Shown here piece by piece: positions 49,987 through 60,305 of a stretch of 64,000 nt of DNA. Source of the stretch: an uncultured Lachnospiraceae bacterium (GTDB taxonomy: Bacteria > Bacillota > Clostridia > Lachnospirales > Lachnospiraceae); assembly GCA_965114645.1 (NCBI GenBank), contig CBCOZL010000018.1, forward strand, positions 1,981 through 65,980. Direction: 5' to 3'. The position numbers and the translations under genes were made by a program. The notes under the pieces are model-generated. The model ran no database searches, was not told where the DNA came from, and worked only from the letters and a program-made list of their open reading frames with translations. The stretch's first letter is position 1, and the number at the start of each line of letters is the position of its first letter.

Positions 49987-50847
49987 ATGTGGATCTGGCT
50001 GGTCTTGCTATATGGCGTTTTAAAGGGCGTGCGGGAGATCGTCAAGAAGAAGGCTTTGGAGAAAAACTCTACCATAGAGGTATTGTTTATGTATACTTTC
50101 CTGTCTTTTGTGATGGTTTTGCCATCCGCCGGGGTTTCGATGGGGGTGGAGCCGCGTTTTTACTTTTACATTGCCATGAAGTCCTTTGTCATTTTTGTCG
50201 CGTGGATGTGCAGTTTCCGCGCCATCAAAAAAATGCCGATCAGTCTCTACGGTGTGCTGGATCTGTCCCGCGTGATGTTTGCCACCATGCTCGGCGTGGC
50301 GGTATTGCAGGAGACACTGGGCACTTTTCAAGTAATTGGTCTGCTTCTTGTGTCGGCAGGGCTTCTTATGTTAAAATATAACCCGAAGAGCGTGCGTGAG
50401 GCGGCAAAGAGCGCAGGGGAGTCCGTGGAGATCAGGTATGTGGTGATGGCCTTTGCCTCCTGTCTGCTGAACGCGGTTTCGGGTCTGCTTGACAAAATTT
50501 TGATGAAGGACATCACAAGCTCCCAGCTGCAGTTCTGGTATTTGCTGTTTTTGACGGTATTCTATCTGCTCTTCATTCTCATTTCCCGCACGCCGGTTGA
50601 CTGGAAAGGAGCAGTCTGCAACAAGTGGGTCTGGCTCTTAAGTCTGCTGATCGTCATTGCGGACAGGGCGCTCTTTGTGGCAAACGGGATGGAGGGAAGC
50701 CGGGTTACCATGATGACGCTCTTAAAACAGGCGGGCTGTGTGGTGACAATTCTGGCGGGACGGTATCTTTTTAAGGAAAAGAACACGACGCACAAGTTTG
50801 TCTGCGCTGCTGTGATCATAGCAGGGATTGTGATCGGGGTAGGGTAG
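49987..50847 (+). CDS. EamA/DMT family transporter
   Basis: About 10 hydrophobic segments in two repeats; AIKKMPISLY, FKEK motifs; RBS AGGAGG. Confidence 0.82.
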   Translation: MWIWLVLLYGVLKGVREIVKKKALEKNSTIEVLFMYTFLSFVMVLPSAGVSMGVEPRFYFYIAMKSFVIFVAWMCSFRAIKKMPISLYGVLDLSRVMFATMLGVAVLQETLGTFQVIGLLLVSAGLLMLKYNPKSVREAAKSAGESVEIRYVVMAFASCLLNAVSGLLDKILMKDITSSQLQFWYLLFLTVFYLLFILISRTPVDWKGAVCNKWVWLLSLLIVIADRALFVANGMEGSRVTMMTLLKQAGCVVTILAGRYLFKEKNTTHKFVCAAVIIAGIVIGVG

Positions 50848-51014
50848 GAAGCCGGAGTGGCAATCCAAAACTGCAATGTATACCTTAAAAATGACAGAGT
50901 GTGACAGAACCCGAAAGGATGACATCCAGGGTATTGTCGGCGTACAAAACCATATGATATACTAGCCATGACTTTGCTTTCATTATAATATGGATGAAAT
51001 AAGGGGGACTGGAT

Positions 51015-52493
51015 ATGGATAACAAGAGTACGTTTGATGGTGCGAGGGCGATGAATAAGATGGCGGTTGCCTGCCATACTGTGATTGTGACTGTGCTGGA
51101 GGCTGCTTATCTGATCGAGGTGCTCAAAGGCAGCAGAACCATAGGCTACTATGTGGTATTTTCGCTGATTGCGATTCTGCCGATTGCGCTTGAATTTTTC
51201 CTGTACAGACGGGAACCGGCGGATACGCGGCTGAAATATGTGATAAGCGTGACATACAGTCTTTTTTATCTTTTTGTCGTATTTACCACAGTCAATATGA
51301 TTGCCTTTACTTATATTATACCGCTCTGTCTGGTGATCATCCTCTATTCGGATGTGAAGCTCTGCGCATGGGTAGGCGGAGCAGGCTTTGTCATCAATCT
51401 GGTATTTCTGGTCTGGCAGGGCGTGTCCGGGGGGATCAGGGCCGAGGACATGGCAACCTATGAGATCCGCATGGCGCTTCTTTTGCTGGTGGCGATTTTC
51501 CTCTATCTTTCCACGCGGACGCTGAAAAAGATCAATGTGTCCAAGCTGCAGGAGCTGGATCGGGAGAAGGAGAATGTTTCCGCGCTGCTGGAGCGTGTGA
51601 TGCGGATATCGGGACAAATGTCCGAGGGGATTCTGGATGTGGCCGGACAGATGCGTGAGCTGGGGGATGCGGTGGCGGAAACAAGAAACGCCATGCAGGA
51701 GGTGTCCACAGGAACCAACGAGGCGGCGCAGTCCGTTCAGAACCAGCTTGGGCAGACGGAAGAAATTCAGAATCATATCGGCCAGATGGTGGATGTGATG
51801 GGAACGATCACGCAGCGTATGGCGGAGACGAAAGACAGTGTACAGCTTGGCAGGGAGAACCTGCATACGCTGACCAGACAGATGGAACATTCCGAGAAGG
51901 CGGGAACCCAGGCCGTGGAGGAGATGAAGGAGCTGGAGGAGTATACTGCCAATATGCAGACCATCATAGATATGATTACGAGTGTGGCAAGTCAGACCAG
52001 CTTGCTTGCCCTGAATGCCAGTATTGAAGCAGCGCGTGCCGGGGAGGCCGGCAGAGGTTTTGCGGTGGTGGCGACGGAGATTTCCAACCTTGCCAATCAG
52101 ACACAGGGTGCGACCGTGAAGATCACGGATGTCATCCGAAGCGTTTCGGATAAACTGAAAACCGCTGCCAGCACGGTGGAGGAGCTGATGGAGAGCAACC
52201 GGCAGCAGAGCGGATCTGCAGTGCAGGCGGCCGACAGTTTTGAGAAGATTGCATCTGACACGGAGCAGGTGGATGAGCAGAGCAGGCGTCTGGATCGTTC
52301 CGTGAAACAGCTTGCGGAGGCCAACCGGGTGATTGTGGAGAGCATTCAGACAATTTCAGCGGTGATGCAGGAGGTGTCCGCCCACTCGCAGGAGACGTTC
52401 CAGGTGAGTGAGAACAATGCAAAGACGGTGACGGAGGTAGAACGGCTGGTAGAAGGACTGAGCGGTCAGGCAAAACAGCTTAACCAGAGCTAA
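51015..52493 (+). CDS. Methyl-accepting chemotaxis protein
   Basis: N-terminal transmembrane bundle; [29 protein letters not shown] signature. Confidence 0.95.
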   Translation: MDNKSTFDGARAMNKMAVACHTVIVTVLEAAYLIEVLKGSRTIGYYVVFSLIAILPIALEFFLYRREPADTRLKYVISVTYSLFYLFVVFTTVNMIAFTYIIPLCLVIILYSDVKLCAWVGGAGFVINLVFLVWQGVSGGIRAEDMATYEIRMALLLLVAIFLYLSTRTLKKINVSKLQELDREKENVSALLERVMRISGQMSEGILDVAGQMRELGDAVAETRNAMQEVSTGTNEAAQSVQNQLGQTEEIQNHIGQMVDVMGTITQRMAETKDSVQLGRENLHTLTRQMEHSEKAGTQAVEEMKELEEYTANMQTIIDMITSVASQTSLLALNASIEAARAGEAGRGFAVVATEISNLANQTQGATVKITDVIRSVSDKLKTAASTVEELMESNRQQSGSAVQAADSFEKIASDTEQVDEQSRRLDRSVKQLAEANRVIVESIQTISAVMQEVSAHSQETFQVSENNAKTVTEVERLVEGLSGQAKQLNQS

Positions 52494-52541
52494 AAAATAC
52501 ATAATGGAATTGCTGTTACCAGATAGAAAATGGAGGGAAAC

Positions 52542-53519
52542 ATGGGGTTTTTAAAGAATCAGTTTTCAAGTGTCATTGAATGGAACGAGAATGGGTCGGG
52601 CGTTCTGTTTTACAAGTTTCAGAATCAGGAGATCAAAAAAGGTTCCCGGCTGATCATCCGTCCGGGACAGGACGCGATTTTTCTGTATAATGGCAGAGTG
52701 GAAGGCGTTTTTGTGGAGGAAGGCAATTATGATATCGAGTCCGACATCATTCCTTTTCTTACCACGTTAAAGAGTTTTAAATTCGGGTTCAGCACGCCGC
52801 TTCGGGCGGAGGTGCTCTTTATCAATACCAAGGAGCTTATGGTGAAATGGGGCACGAAAAATGCCATCAATCTGCCGGCTCCCGGTCTTCCCGGCGGTAT
52901 GCCGATCCGGGCTTTCGGCGCGTTCAACTGCAGGGTGGCGGCTCACGATGTGCTGATTGAAAAGCTGGCCGGCATCAGACAGACCTACACGGTGGGAGAT
53001 GTGAAGGAGCGCATCATCGCAAGCCTTGACCAGCTTCTGATGAGCTGGATCAGCAAAGAGGGCAGGGATATGTTTAACCTGCAGGCGGATGCGAGAAATA
53101 TCGCCAAGGGAATTGAGGGCGAACTGGACGCGGATATGAGATCGTTCGGCATCGCCATTTCAAGCTTTACGATCGAGAGCTTTTCCTACCCGGAAGAGAT
53201 ACGGAAGATGCAGGAGAAGGCGGCGGCGCAGTCTATGGTGGGCGACATGAACAAGTACACCCAGATGGCGGCGGCGGATTCCCTCGGAAAGGGCGGAAAC
53301 GGCACAGGCATGGCTTCCGATATGGTCGGCCTGCAGATGGGCATGGCTCTCGGACAGCAGATGGTGAACCAGATGAATATAGGCGGCGCAAATACGGCGC
53401 CCGGGGCGCAGGGGCAGCCTGCGGGCCAGGGAGGACAGGGCCCCAAATTCTGTCCGAACTGCGGTACACCCACTACGGGTATGAAATTCTGCGGTAACTG
53501 CGGTAACCAGCTATACTAG
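52542..53519 (+). CDS. SPFH/band-7-like protein with C-terminal zinc ribbon
   Basis: GSRLIIRPGQDAIF...G.VE, F.AEV.FIN, KFCPNCG...KFCGNCG. Confidence 0.85.
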   Translation: MGFLKNQFSSVIEWNENGSGVLFYKFQNQEIKKGSRLIIRPGQDAIFLYNGRVEGVFVEEGNYDIESDIIPFLTTLKSFKFGFSTPLRAEVLFINTKELMVKWGTKNAINLPAPGLPGGMPIRAFGAFNCRVAAHDVLIEKLAGIRQTYTVGDVKERIIASLDQLLMSWISKEGRDMFNLQADARNIAKGIEGELDADMRSFGIAISSFTIESFSYPEEIRKMQEKAAAQSMVGDMNKYTQMAAADSLGKGGNGTGMASDMVGLQMGMALGQQMVNQMNIGGANTAPGAQGQPAGQGGQGPKFCPNCGTPTTGMKFCGNCGNQLY

Positions 53520-53560
53520 TGTGAGAAGAACTTTACGCACAGTTTTGAGGATGAGTTAAG

Positions 53561-55930
53561 ATGAGCATATACGATACTTTGAACGAGAGGCAGAGGCAGG
53601 CCGTCATGCAGACAGACGGCCCTGTCCTGATTCTGGCGGGCGCAGGTTCCGGCAAAACAAGGGTTTTAACACATAGGGTGGCATACCTGATAGACAGGGC
53701 GGGTGTGGCGCCCTATCATATTCTGGCCATCACTTTCACAAACAAGGCGGCGGGGGAGATGCGTGAGCGCGTGGATAAGATCGTGGGCTTCGGTGCGGAG
53801 CAGATCTGGGTATCCACATTCCATTCCACCTGTGTGCGGATTTTGCGCCGTTACATAGACCGGCTGGGATATGACAATCATTTCACAATATACGATACCG
53901 ATGATCAGAAGGGGATTATGAAGGAGGTCTGCAAGAAACTGCAGATCGACACAAAAATGCTGAAGGAGCGCACGATCTTAAGCGCAATTTCCTCCGCCAA
54001 GGATGAGCTGATTGATCCGCAGGAGTACGAGATGCAGAACGGTTCTGACTATAACGGCAGCAGGATTGCCAAGGCTTACCGGGAGTATCAGGCGACATTA
54101 AAGAAAAATAACGCGCTGGACTTTGACGATCTCATTATGAAGACGGTGGAGCTTTTCAAGGCGGATGCACAGGTGCTTGCCTCCTATCAGGACAGGTTCC
54201 GCTACATTATGGTGGATGAGTATCAGGATACCAACTCTGCCCAGTTTGAGCTGATCCGGCTTCTGGCGGCCAAGAACAGGAACCTGTGCGTGGTGGGCGA
54301 TGACGACCAGTCGATTTATAAGTTCAGGGGGGCGAATATCCGCAATATTCTGGACTTTGAGAAGGTTTACCCGGACGCCTGCGTGATCAAGCTGGAGCAG
54401 AATTATCGCTCTACCCAGATGGTTCTGGATGCGGCCAACGCAGTGATCAAAAACAATGTGGGGCGCAAGGACAAGGCGCTCTGGACGGACAAGCAGGAAG
54501 GGGCGCGCATCGGTTTCCGGCAGTTTGACACAGCTTATGAGGAGGCGGAATATATTGCCGGGGATGTTGCCAGAAAGAAAAAGAGAGGGCTGGTTTCCTA
54601 CGGGGAGTGCGCCGTGCTCTACCGCACCAACGCCCAGGCCCGCCTTCTGGAAGAACGGTTTATCATGGAAGGCATTCCCTATGACGTGGTCGGCGGCACC
54701 AACTTTTATTCCAGACGGGAGATCAAGGACGTGCTTGCCTATCTGAAAACCATCGACAACGGCAAGGATGACGTGGCGGTAAAGCGGATCATCAATGTGC
54801 CAAGGCGCGGCATCGGTGCGGCAACCATTGTGCGGGTACAGGAATATGCCGATGAGAGAAATATCAGCTTTTTTGACGCCCTCACGGAGGCGGATCAGAT
54901 TGTGACAATCGGGAGGAGCGCCGGGAAGCTGAAACCTTTTGTCACCATGATACAGAGTTTCCGCAGCAAGCAGGAGTTTTACAGTCTGGAGGAGCTTGTG
55001 AAGGATGTGCTGGATCTCACCGGGTATTTGAAAGAGCTGGAGGAGTCCGATGAGGAGGACGCGGCTGACCGCATTGAGAATATAGAGGAGCTGGTCAGCA
55101 AGGTGGTGGCTTATGAGGAAGAGAAGGATGAGCCTTCCCTGAGCGAATTTCTGGAAGAGGTGGCCCTTGTGGCGGATATCGACCGGGTGGACGGCGATGG
55201 CGAGCGGGTGCTGCTTATGACCCTGCACAGCGCGAAGGGGCTGGAATTTGAGCATGTCTATCTGGCGGGCATGGAGGATGGCGTATTTCCAAGCTATATG
55301 ACGATCACCTCAGATGATCCGATGGAGATTGAGGAGGAGAGGCGTCTTGCCTATGTGGGCATTACCAGGGCGAAGGAGGAGCTGACTCTCACCTATGCGA
55401 AACAGCGTATGATCAGAGGGGAGACGCAGTACAATCCCGTCAGCCGCTTTGTGCGGGAGATTCCGCCCATGCTGCTGGATGGCACGCCAGCGCCTGTAAA
55501 GAGGAGAATGGAGGAAGTCTACGAGGAGGATTCCCAGGAGCGAAGCCTTCTGCGGACGAAACCGTACGGGGCGGCGCCCAAATCCTATACAGACCCGGTG
55601 AAGCCTTATGCGGCGGCGCCGGGCGCGTACACGGAGAGAAAGAAGGCTTATGCGGCGCCGAAGAAGCGCGGCGCGGGGAAAGCGCCGGTTACGGTGGGCG
55701 GCAATCCCTTTGGCGCGGGGAGCGTTTCCGGCGGCAGCGCGGCGGCAGCGCCTGCGGCGTCCGGCAGGATCGGCTATGGGGAAGGAGACCGGGTACGCCA
55801 TGCCCGCTACGGGGAGGGCACGGTCTTAAAGATTGAACCCGGCCCAAGGGACAGCCAGGTGACGGTGGTTTTCGATGAAGCCGGACAGAAGATCATGTAT
55901 GCGGGCTTTGCGAAGCTGCAGAAGGTCTGA
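53561..55930 (+). CDS. pcrA: ATP-dependent DNA helicase PcrA
   Basis: LAGAGSGKT, VDEYQDTN, GDDDQSIY, LMTLHSAKGLEF, EEERRL.YV.ITRA; C-terminal Tudor-like domain. Confidence 0.97.
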   Translation: MSIYDTLNERQRQAVMQTDGPVLILAGAGSGKTRVLTHRVAYLIDRAGVAPYHILAITFTNKAAGEMRERVDKIVGFGAEQIWVSTFHSTCVRILRRYIDRLGYDNHFTIYDTDDQKGIMKEVCKKLQIDTKMLKERTILSAISSAKDELIDPQEYEMQNGSDYNGSRIAKAYREYQATLKKNNALDFDDLIMKTVELFKADAQVLASYQDRFRYIMVDEYQDTNSAQFELIRLLAAKNRNLCVVGDDDQSIYKFRGANIRNILDFEKVYPDACVIKLEQNYRSTQMVLDAANAVIKNNVGRKDKALWTDKQEGARIGFRQFDTAYEEAEYIAGDVARKKKRGLVSYGECAVLYRTNAQARLLEERFIMEGIPYDVVGGTNFYSRREIKDVLAYLKTIDNGKDDVAVKRIINVPRRGIGAATIVRVQEYADERNISFFDALTEADQIVTIGRSAGKLKPFVTMIQSFRSKQEFYSLEELVKDVLDLTGYLKELEESDEEDAADRIENIEELVSKVVAYEEEKDEPSLSEFLEEVALVADIDRVDGDGERVLLMTLHSAKGLEFEHVYLAGMEDGVFPSYMTITSDDPMEIEEERRLAYVGITRAKEELTLTYAKQRMIRGETQYNPVSRFVREIPPMLLDGTPAPVKRRMEEVYEEDSQERSLLRTKPYGAAPKSYTDPVKPYAAAPGAYTERKKAYAAPKKRGAGKAPVTVGGNPFGAGSVSGGSAAAAPAASGRIGYGEGDRVRHARYGEGTVLKIEPGPRDSQVTVVFDEAGQKIMYAGFAKLQKV

Positions 55931-56155
55931 AGGTGGAATGTCCGGGCGGACGGCGGAAGAGTTTTGGAATTGTCGCTGGTGGGCGAATATTTTTCCATAA
56001 TTTTCATAAAATAAAATATTCAGATATAGTAAAATCTGAAAAGACGTGGTATACTATACGCGATGGGAGTGAGCAGTGCGCAGACCGCCCGCGAAGCAAG
56101 TTTGCACTGCAGATCCGGGCGCGGTCATAATGTAAGGGAAAGAGAGGGCTACAGG

Positions 56156-56431
56156 ATGAGCAGGAAAGAGATTTTGAATAAATTGGATGAGATCATGGAC
56201 AATGCTGGTGTGAACGAGTTCCTTGGCAGAAGACATGAGGAGGAAAAGAAAAACAGTATTTTATGGGTATTCGCTGTGATTGGCGCTGTTGCGGCAGTGG
56301 CTGCTATTGCGTATGCCGTGTACCGTTACCTGACGCCCGATTATCTGGAAGATTTTGAGGACGACTTCGACGATGATTTTGATGATGACTTTTTCGAGGA
56401 TGAGGATGACGACGAGGACACAGGTGTCTAA
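56156..56431 (+). CDS. Small single-TM membrane protein with poly-acidic C-terminal tail
   Basis: RBS GAGAGG, hydrophobic ILWVFAVIGAVAAVAAIAYAVY, then EDDFDDDFDDDFFEDEDDD. Confidence 0.8.
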   Translation: MSRKEILNKLDEIMDNAGVNEFLGRRHEEEKKNSILWVFAVIGAVAAVAAIAYAVYRYLTPDYLEDFEDDFDDDFDDDFFEDEDDDEDTGV

Positions 56432-56496
56432 GGTTTTTCTGTAGAAAATTGTGAGGCCGGCGGGAGATGAAAGTCTTCCGGCGGCCTTCTTGCGCG

Positions 56497-56585
56497 CATA
56501 AGCAGAGTCAGAAGACGAGCAACGCGAACGAGAAATGCAAAGCATTTCGAGTCTGCTTATGAATAAAAGGCAGAGTCAGAAGACG
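56497..56585. repeat. REP-like palindromic element
   Basis: CATAAGCAGA...TCTGCTTATG outer stem, GAAATGC-AAA-GCATTTC inner hairpin, 16-bp direct repeat GCAGAGTCAGAAGACG at 56502 and 56570. Confidence 0.7.
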
Positions 56586-56651
56586 CGCGGGACATGAGCC
56601 ATGCCGGCATGGCGTACCATATCAGAGGATAGAAGAAAAACGGAGAGTAAA

Positions 56652-58388
56652 ATGAAAAAGGGACAGATCATAGAGGGAACGGTAGAGCGGATGGATTTCC
56701 CCAATAAGGGGATTGTTGTATGCGGGGAGGGCGTCTGCACAGTGAAAAACGCCCTGCCGGGACAAAAAGTGCGGGCGGCCGTCAACAAGGCGAGAAACGG
56801 GAGATATGAGGGACGGCTTTTAGAAGTGCTGGAGCCTTCTCCTTTAGAGACAGGAAGTCCCTGTCCCCATTTCGGGAGCTGCGGCGGCTGTACTTACCTG
56901 TCGTTTCCTTATGAGGAAAGTTTAAAAATCAAGGAGGGACAGGTGAGGCGGCTGCTTGCTCCCGTGCTGGAAAAGCAGGACGAAGCATGTCTGTTTGAGG
57001 CAGCCAAGGCGTCCCCGGCAGTCTTCGGCTACCGAAATAAGATGGAGTTTACGTTCGGGGATGAAGTGAAGGATGGGCCGCTTTCCCTCGGCATGCATAA
57101 GCGGGGAAGCTTTTATGATATCGTTTCCGTGACGGATTGTCAGATCGTGGATGAGGATTATCGGAAAATTCTGCGCTGTGTCAGGGACTATTTTGAGGAA
57201 CTGCAGGGGCAGGGGGCGGATGTGTCATTCTATCACAGACTGCGGCATACGGGCTGGCTGCGGCATCTCGTGGTGCGCAGGGCGGCGAAGACAGGGGAGA
57301 TTCTTGCGGCGTTGGTGACCACAGGGCAGACGCCCGGACAGACTGCGGCAGAGCGGGAGATTCTTGCCGGATTTACCGGGAGATTGCTTGCGCTGCCCCT
57401 TGAAGGTACCATTGTGGGCATTCTGCATGTGAGAAACGACTCTGCGGCGGATGTGGTGCAAAGCGACGAGACTACAATTCTGTACGGGCGGGATTATTTT
57501 TATGAGGAACTTCTGGGGCTGCGCTTTAAAATTTCCCTGTTTTCCTTTTTTCAGACCAACAGCCTCGGAGCGGAACTGCTCTACAGCACAGCGAGGGAAT
57601 ATATTTCCGGCTGCATATCGGCTTCAGATAAGGCGGAAGATGAGGCCGGACAGAAGACAGTGGGCAAAATCGTGTATGATCTGTACAGCGGCACAGGTAC
57701 GATTGCACAGTTGATGGCGCCTGTGGCTAAGAAAGTGATCGGTGTGGAGATCGTGGAGGAAGCCGTAGAGGCGGCGAAGAGGAATGCGGAACTAAATGGT
57801 TTACATAACTGTAATTTCATCGCCGGGGATGTGCTGAAGGTGCTGGACGGGATCGAGGAGAAGCCGGATGTCATTATTCTTGATCCGCCCAGGGACGGCG
57901 TACATCCGAAAGCGCTCTCAAAGATCATAGATTACGGTGTAGAGCATATTTTGTATATTTCCTGCAAGGCGAGCAGCCTGGCAAGGGATCTGGAAGTCTT
58001 TCTTGCGAGAGGCTATGCGGCAGTGAAGTGTGTGGCGATCGACCAGTTCCCGTGGACGGCGGGGGTGGAGACGTGCGTACTTTTGTCGCGTAAAAAATCA
58101 GGAGGCAAATCCACCAAGATTGAGATAGAAATTGACCTAAGCGAAGCAGATAGGCGAGAATGCATCGGCACAGCAACCTATCAGGAAATTAAAGATTATG
58201 TGTGGGAGCATTATCAAACAAAAGTGTCACATCTGTACATAGCGCAAATCAAGAAAAAGTGTGGCTTAGATGTAGGCGAGAACTTTAATAAACCCAAGAC
58301 AGAGGGAAACAAAGTTCCCAACTGTCCAGAGGAGAAAGAGAGGATGATTAGAGAAGCACTGGAATATTTTGGTATGATAAAGAGATAA
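56652..58388 (+). CDS. rlmD: 23S rRNA m5U1939 methyltransferase with element-derived C-terminal extension
   Basis: TRAM domain, C-x5-C-GG-C cluster motif, FFQTN, DLYSGTG, LDPPR, YISC, DQFP..VET; AT-rich extension after VLLSRK. Confidence 0.95.
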   Translation: MKKGQIIEGTVERMDFPNKGIVVCGEGVCTVKNALPGQKVRAAVNKARNGRYEGRLLEVLEPSPLETGSPCPHFGSCGGCTYLSFPYEESLKIKEGQVRRLLAPVLEKQDEACLFEAAKASPAVFGYRNKMEFTFGDEVKDGPLSLGMHKRGSFYDIVSVTDCQIVDEDYRKILRCVRDYFEELQGQGADVSFYHRLRHTGWLRHLVVRRAAKTGEILAALVTTGQTPGQTAAEREILAGFTGRLLALPLEGTIVGILHVRNDSAADVVQSDETTILYGRDYFYEELLGLRFKISLFSFFQTNSLGAELLYSTAREYISGCISASDKAEDEAGQKTVGKIVYDLYSGTGTIAQLMAPVAKKVIGVEIVEEAVEAAKRNAELNGLHNCNFIAGDVLKVLDGIEEKPDVIILDPPRDGVHPKALSKIIDYGVEHILYISCKASSLARDLEVFLARGYAAVKCVAIDQFPWTAGVETCVLLSRKKSGGKSTKIEIEIDLSEADRRECIGTATYQEIKDYVWEHYQTKVSHLYIAQIKKKCGLDVGENFNKPKTEGNKVPNCPEEKERMIREALEYFGMIKR

Positions 58389-58395
58389 AATAACA

Positions 58396-58427
58396 GAACT
58401 CCTTAGAAATTCTAGGGAGTTCATTTT
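58396..58427. terminator. Bidirectional terminator between rlmD and the first island gene
   Basis: GAACTCCTTAGAA-A-TTCTAGGGAGTTC-ATTTTT. Confidence 0.75.
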
Positions 58428-59072
58428 TTATAAAAGTTCCATTATTTTTAATGCAGGGAAAGTTTGATCTGTGTTCATGAGACCTTTAATAATATAATTG
58501 TGTTGTTCGTTGTATTTATCTAAACAAGTCATTTCCATATACAGTTCAAACCCATTATTGATAACAGGATTGAATATGTCTATGCCCTTTGTTGAATCTG
58601 CAAAAAGATAGTCAATGCTATATGTTTTTTGTGCTATCCATTGAGGTTCTTTTTCTGGATTCAGAATTTTAATGTTAAAGAATTTGAGTTCCTGTGCATT
58701 ATTTTCAGAGACATTTGATATTTTGAGGCATAAATTTTGTGCATTGCCGCCATGACTGCCATTAGCGACAATAGTGAATCTTGGCATATTGCTTTCATGT
58801 TCTCTTTGCTCCAATAGTTCAGCTCTTTTGTCTGATTCCTGCTTGATGATTTGATTTTGATATAAGGATAAGGCACCCAAAATGACTGTTCCTAAAAATG
58901 CAAGAATTGAACCATAGTAACTCAATAATTCTCCTGCAGACCATTCAGCAACAAAAAAGTCAATGTTTGAATGAAGTTTAAACAGAATATGTATGATTAA
59001 GGGTACTCCAAAGATAATCATAAAAATAATAAATGCAATCAGCTTTTTATGTTTTTTCATCCAATCAAACAC
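58428..59072 (-). CDS. Hypothetical membrane-anchored protein (two N-terminal TM segments, soluble C-terminal domain)
   Basis: 214-aa ORF in AT-rich DNA; hydrophobic LIAFIIFMIIFGVPLII and YYGSILAFLGTVILGALSLYQN. Confidence 0.75.
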   Translation of the reverse strand: MFDWMKKHKKLIAFIIFMIIFGVPLIIHILFKLHSNIDFFVAEWSAGELLSYYGSILAFLGTVILGALSLYQNQIIKQESDKRAELLEQREHESNMPRFTIVANGSHGGNAQNLCLKISNVSENNAQELKFFNIKILNPEKEPQWIAQKTYSIDYLFADSTKGIDIFNPVINNGFELYMEMTCLDKYNEQHNYIIKGLMNTDQTFPALKIMELL

Positions 59073-59086
59073 AATAAATCTCCCCT

Positions 59087-60124
59087 TTATATAAATTCAT
59101 AGCCAAGCATCACATTGATTAAGTTGTAATCAATACCTGCATCTATGTATCGGCACACATCATAATCATAAATATCTGAATTTGGAAACAGTTTAAATGG
59201 GCTTTTTATGGTATATCCATTAAAATTCAGGAACTTCTCTATTTCGTTGGAGGTTGGCAAGCCTAAAAAGAATGCCATCTGTAAATAAAAATGTCTTTCC
59301 TTTACAAATTTCTTCTTAGTTGCTTTCTTATAATCAAACCATGAGTTACCTGTTAGCCCTTTTGCTGTCAGATATGAGGTAAATGTAACTCTTCTGTTAT
59401 CTTTGATGATGAAGAAATCCCTAAAATCTACAGTGCTGTCATTTTGAAGTGTGGTAAATATATTGTCGGTAATTCCTCTCAGCATATCAAAACGTTCTTT
59501 ATTGGTTTTCTTTTGTTTTAAGGTTTTATTTAGAGCTTCTGTGTCGTAACCCACAAGATCATAATTGATATAGTAATAAAACTTTTCCCTTGCTTTGACA
59601 AGTGCCACAACTGTATTTGTGAAGTTGTTTTGTAATGCATCTACTTTATGGGTAGAACTGTGTATCTGTGTTACATTAGCAGTATCATACAAGGCTGTGA
59701 GTTTCTTATATTTTTCAGTGTAATCTTCAATAAGTTCAATTCTCTTTTTGATTGTGTTTATGTATATTTTTCTCTTATTGTTTGAAGCATTCAGGGCATC
59801 ATACTCATTATCGAAGCCATAAGCAGAAAGAAATTCATCAAGGCTCATATTGTAGATAACAAGGTCATTGATAAGAGGCTCGTATTTGCCCCAGATTTCA
59901 TCTTTTAAGTCTTCACATAGAAAATTATACCCTGCAACAGAAAACGGCATATTTGCCAATCTAAAGGCTCTCAGGACATCATAAAAGCACTCTTCTTTGT
60001 CGAGTCCTATCTTAAATACAGAATTGACAAGCGAATTCAGTGCAGCATAGTTTTCGGTGTATATGTAGTTGGCAGCATCTATATTAATATCTTGAAGTTC
60101 CCGTAAAATCTCCTGTTTTGTCAT
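59087..60124 (-). CDS. Hypothetical protein with possible degenerate XRE-like C-terminal domain
   Basis: 345-aa ORF; C-terminal YLQMAFFLGL...EIEKFL..NGY...D...RYID.G..Y..IN.ML resembles clostridial XRE-like modules. Confidence 0.65.
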   Translation of the reverse strand: MTKQEILRELQDINIDAANYIYTENYAALNSLVNSVFKIGLDKEECFYDVLRAFRLANMPFSVAGYNFLCEDLKDEIWGKYEPLINDLVIYNMSLDEFLSAYGFDNEYDALNASNNKRKIYINTIKKRIELIEDYTEKYKKLTALYDTANVTQIHSSTHKVDALQNNFTNTVVALVKAREKFYYYINYDLVGYDTEALNKTLKQKKTNKERFDMLRGITDNIFTTLQNDSTVDFRDFFIIKDNRRVTFTSYLTAKGLTGNSWFDYKKATKKKFVKERHFYLQMAFFLGLPTSNEIEKFLNFNGYTIKSPFKLFPNSDIYDYDVCRYIDAGIDYNLINVMLGYEFI

Positions 60125-60305
60125 ACAAACCTCTTTATTGTAAGGGAATTTCCCTATAAATTATCTCCTCAAAGAAGAAAACTACAGTAATAATATATCA
60201 TAAGTCAGGAATGTTGGCATTAAAAATATTTTCAAACTGAATACCCGTAATGATTAGAAGAGAGTATTTTTGACTTAAAATTGCAGAAACGAAAGGGGTG
60301 ATTTC

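Noticed and set aside
50562-51890. 442-aa minus-strand ORF across the EamA and MCP genes
   Set aside because: Antisense to two well-supported genes; no recognisable domain.
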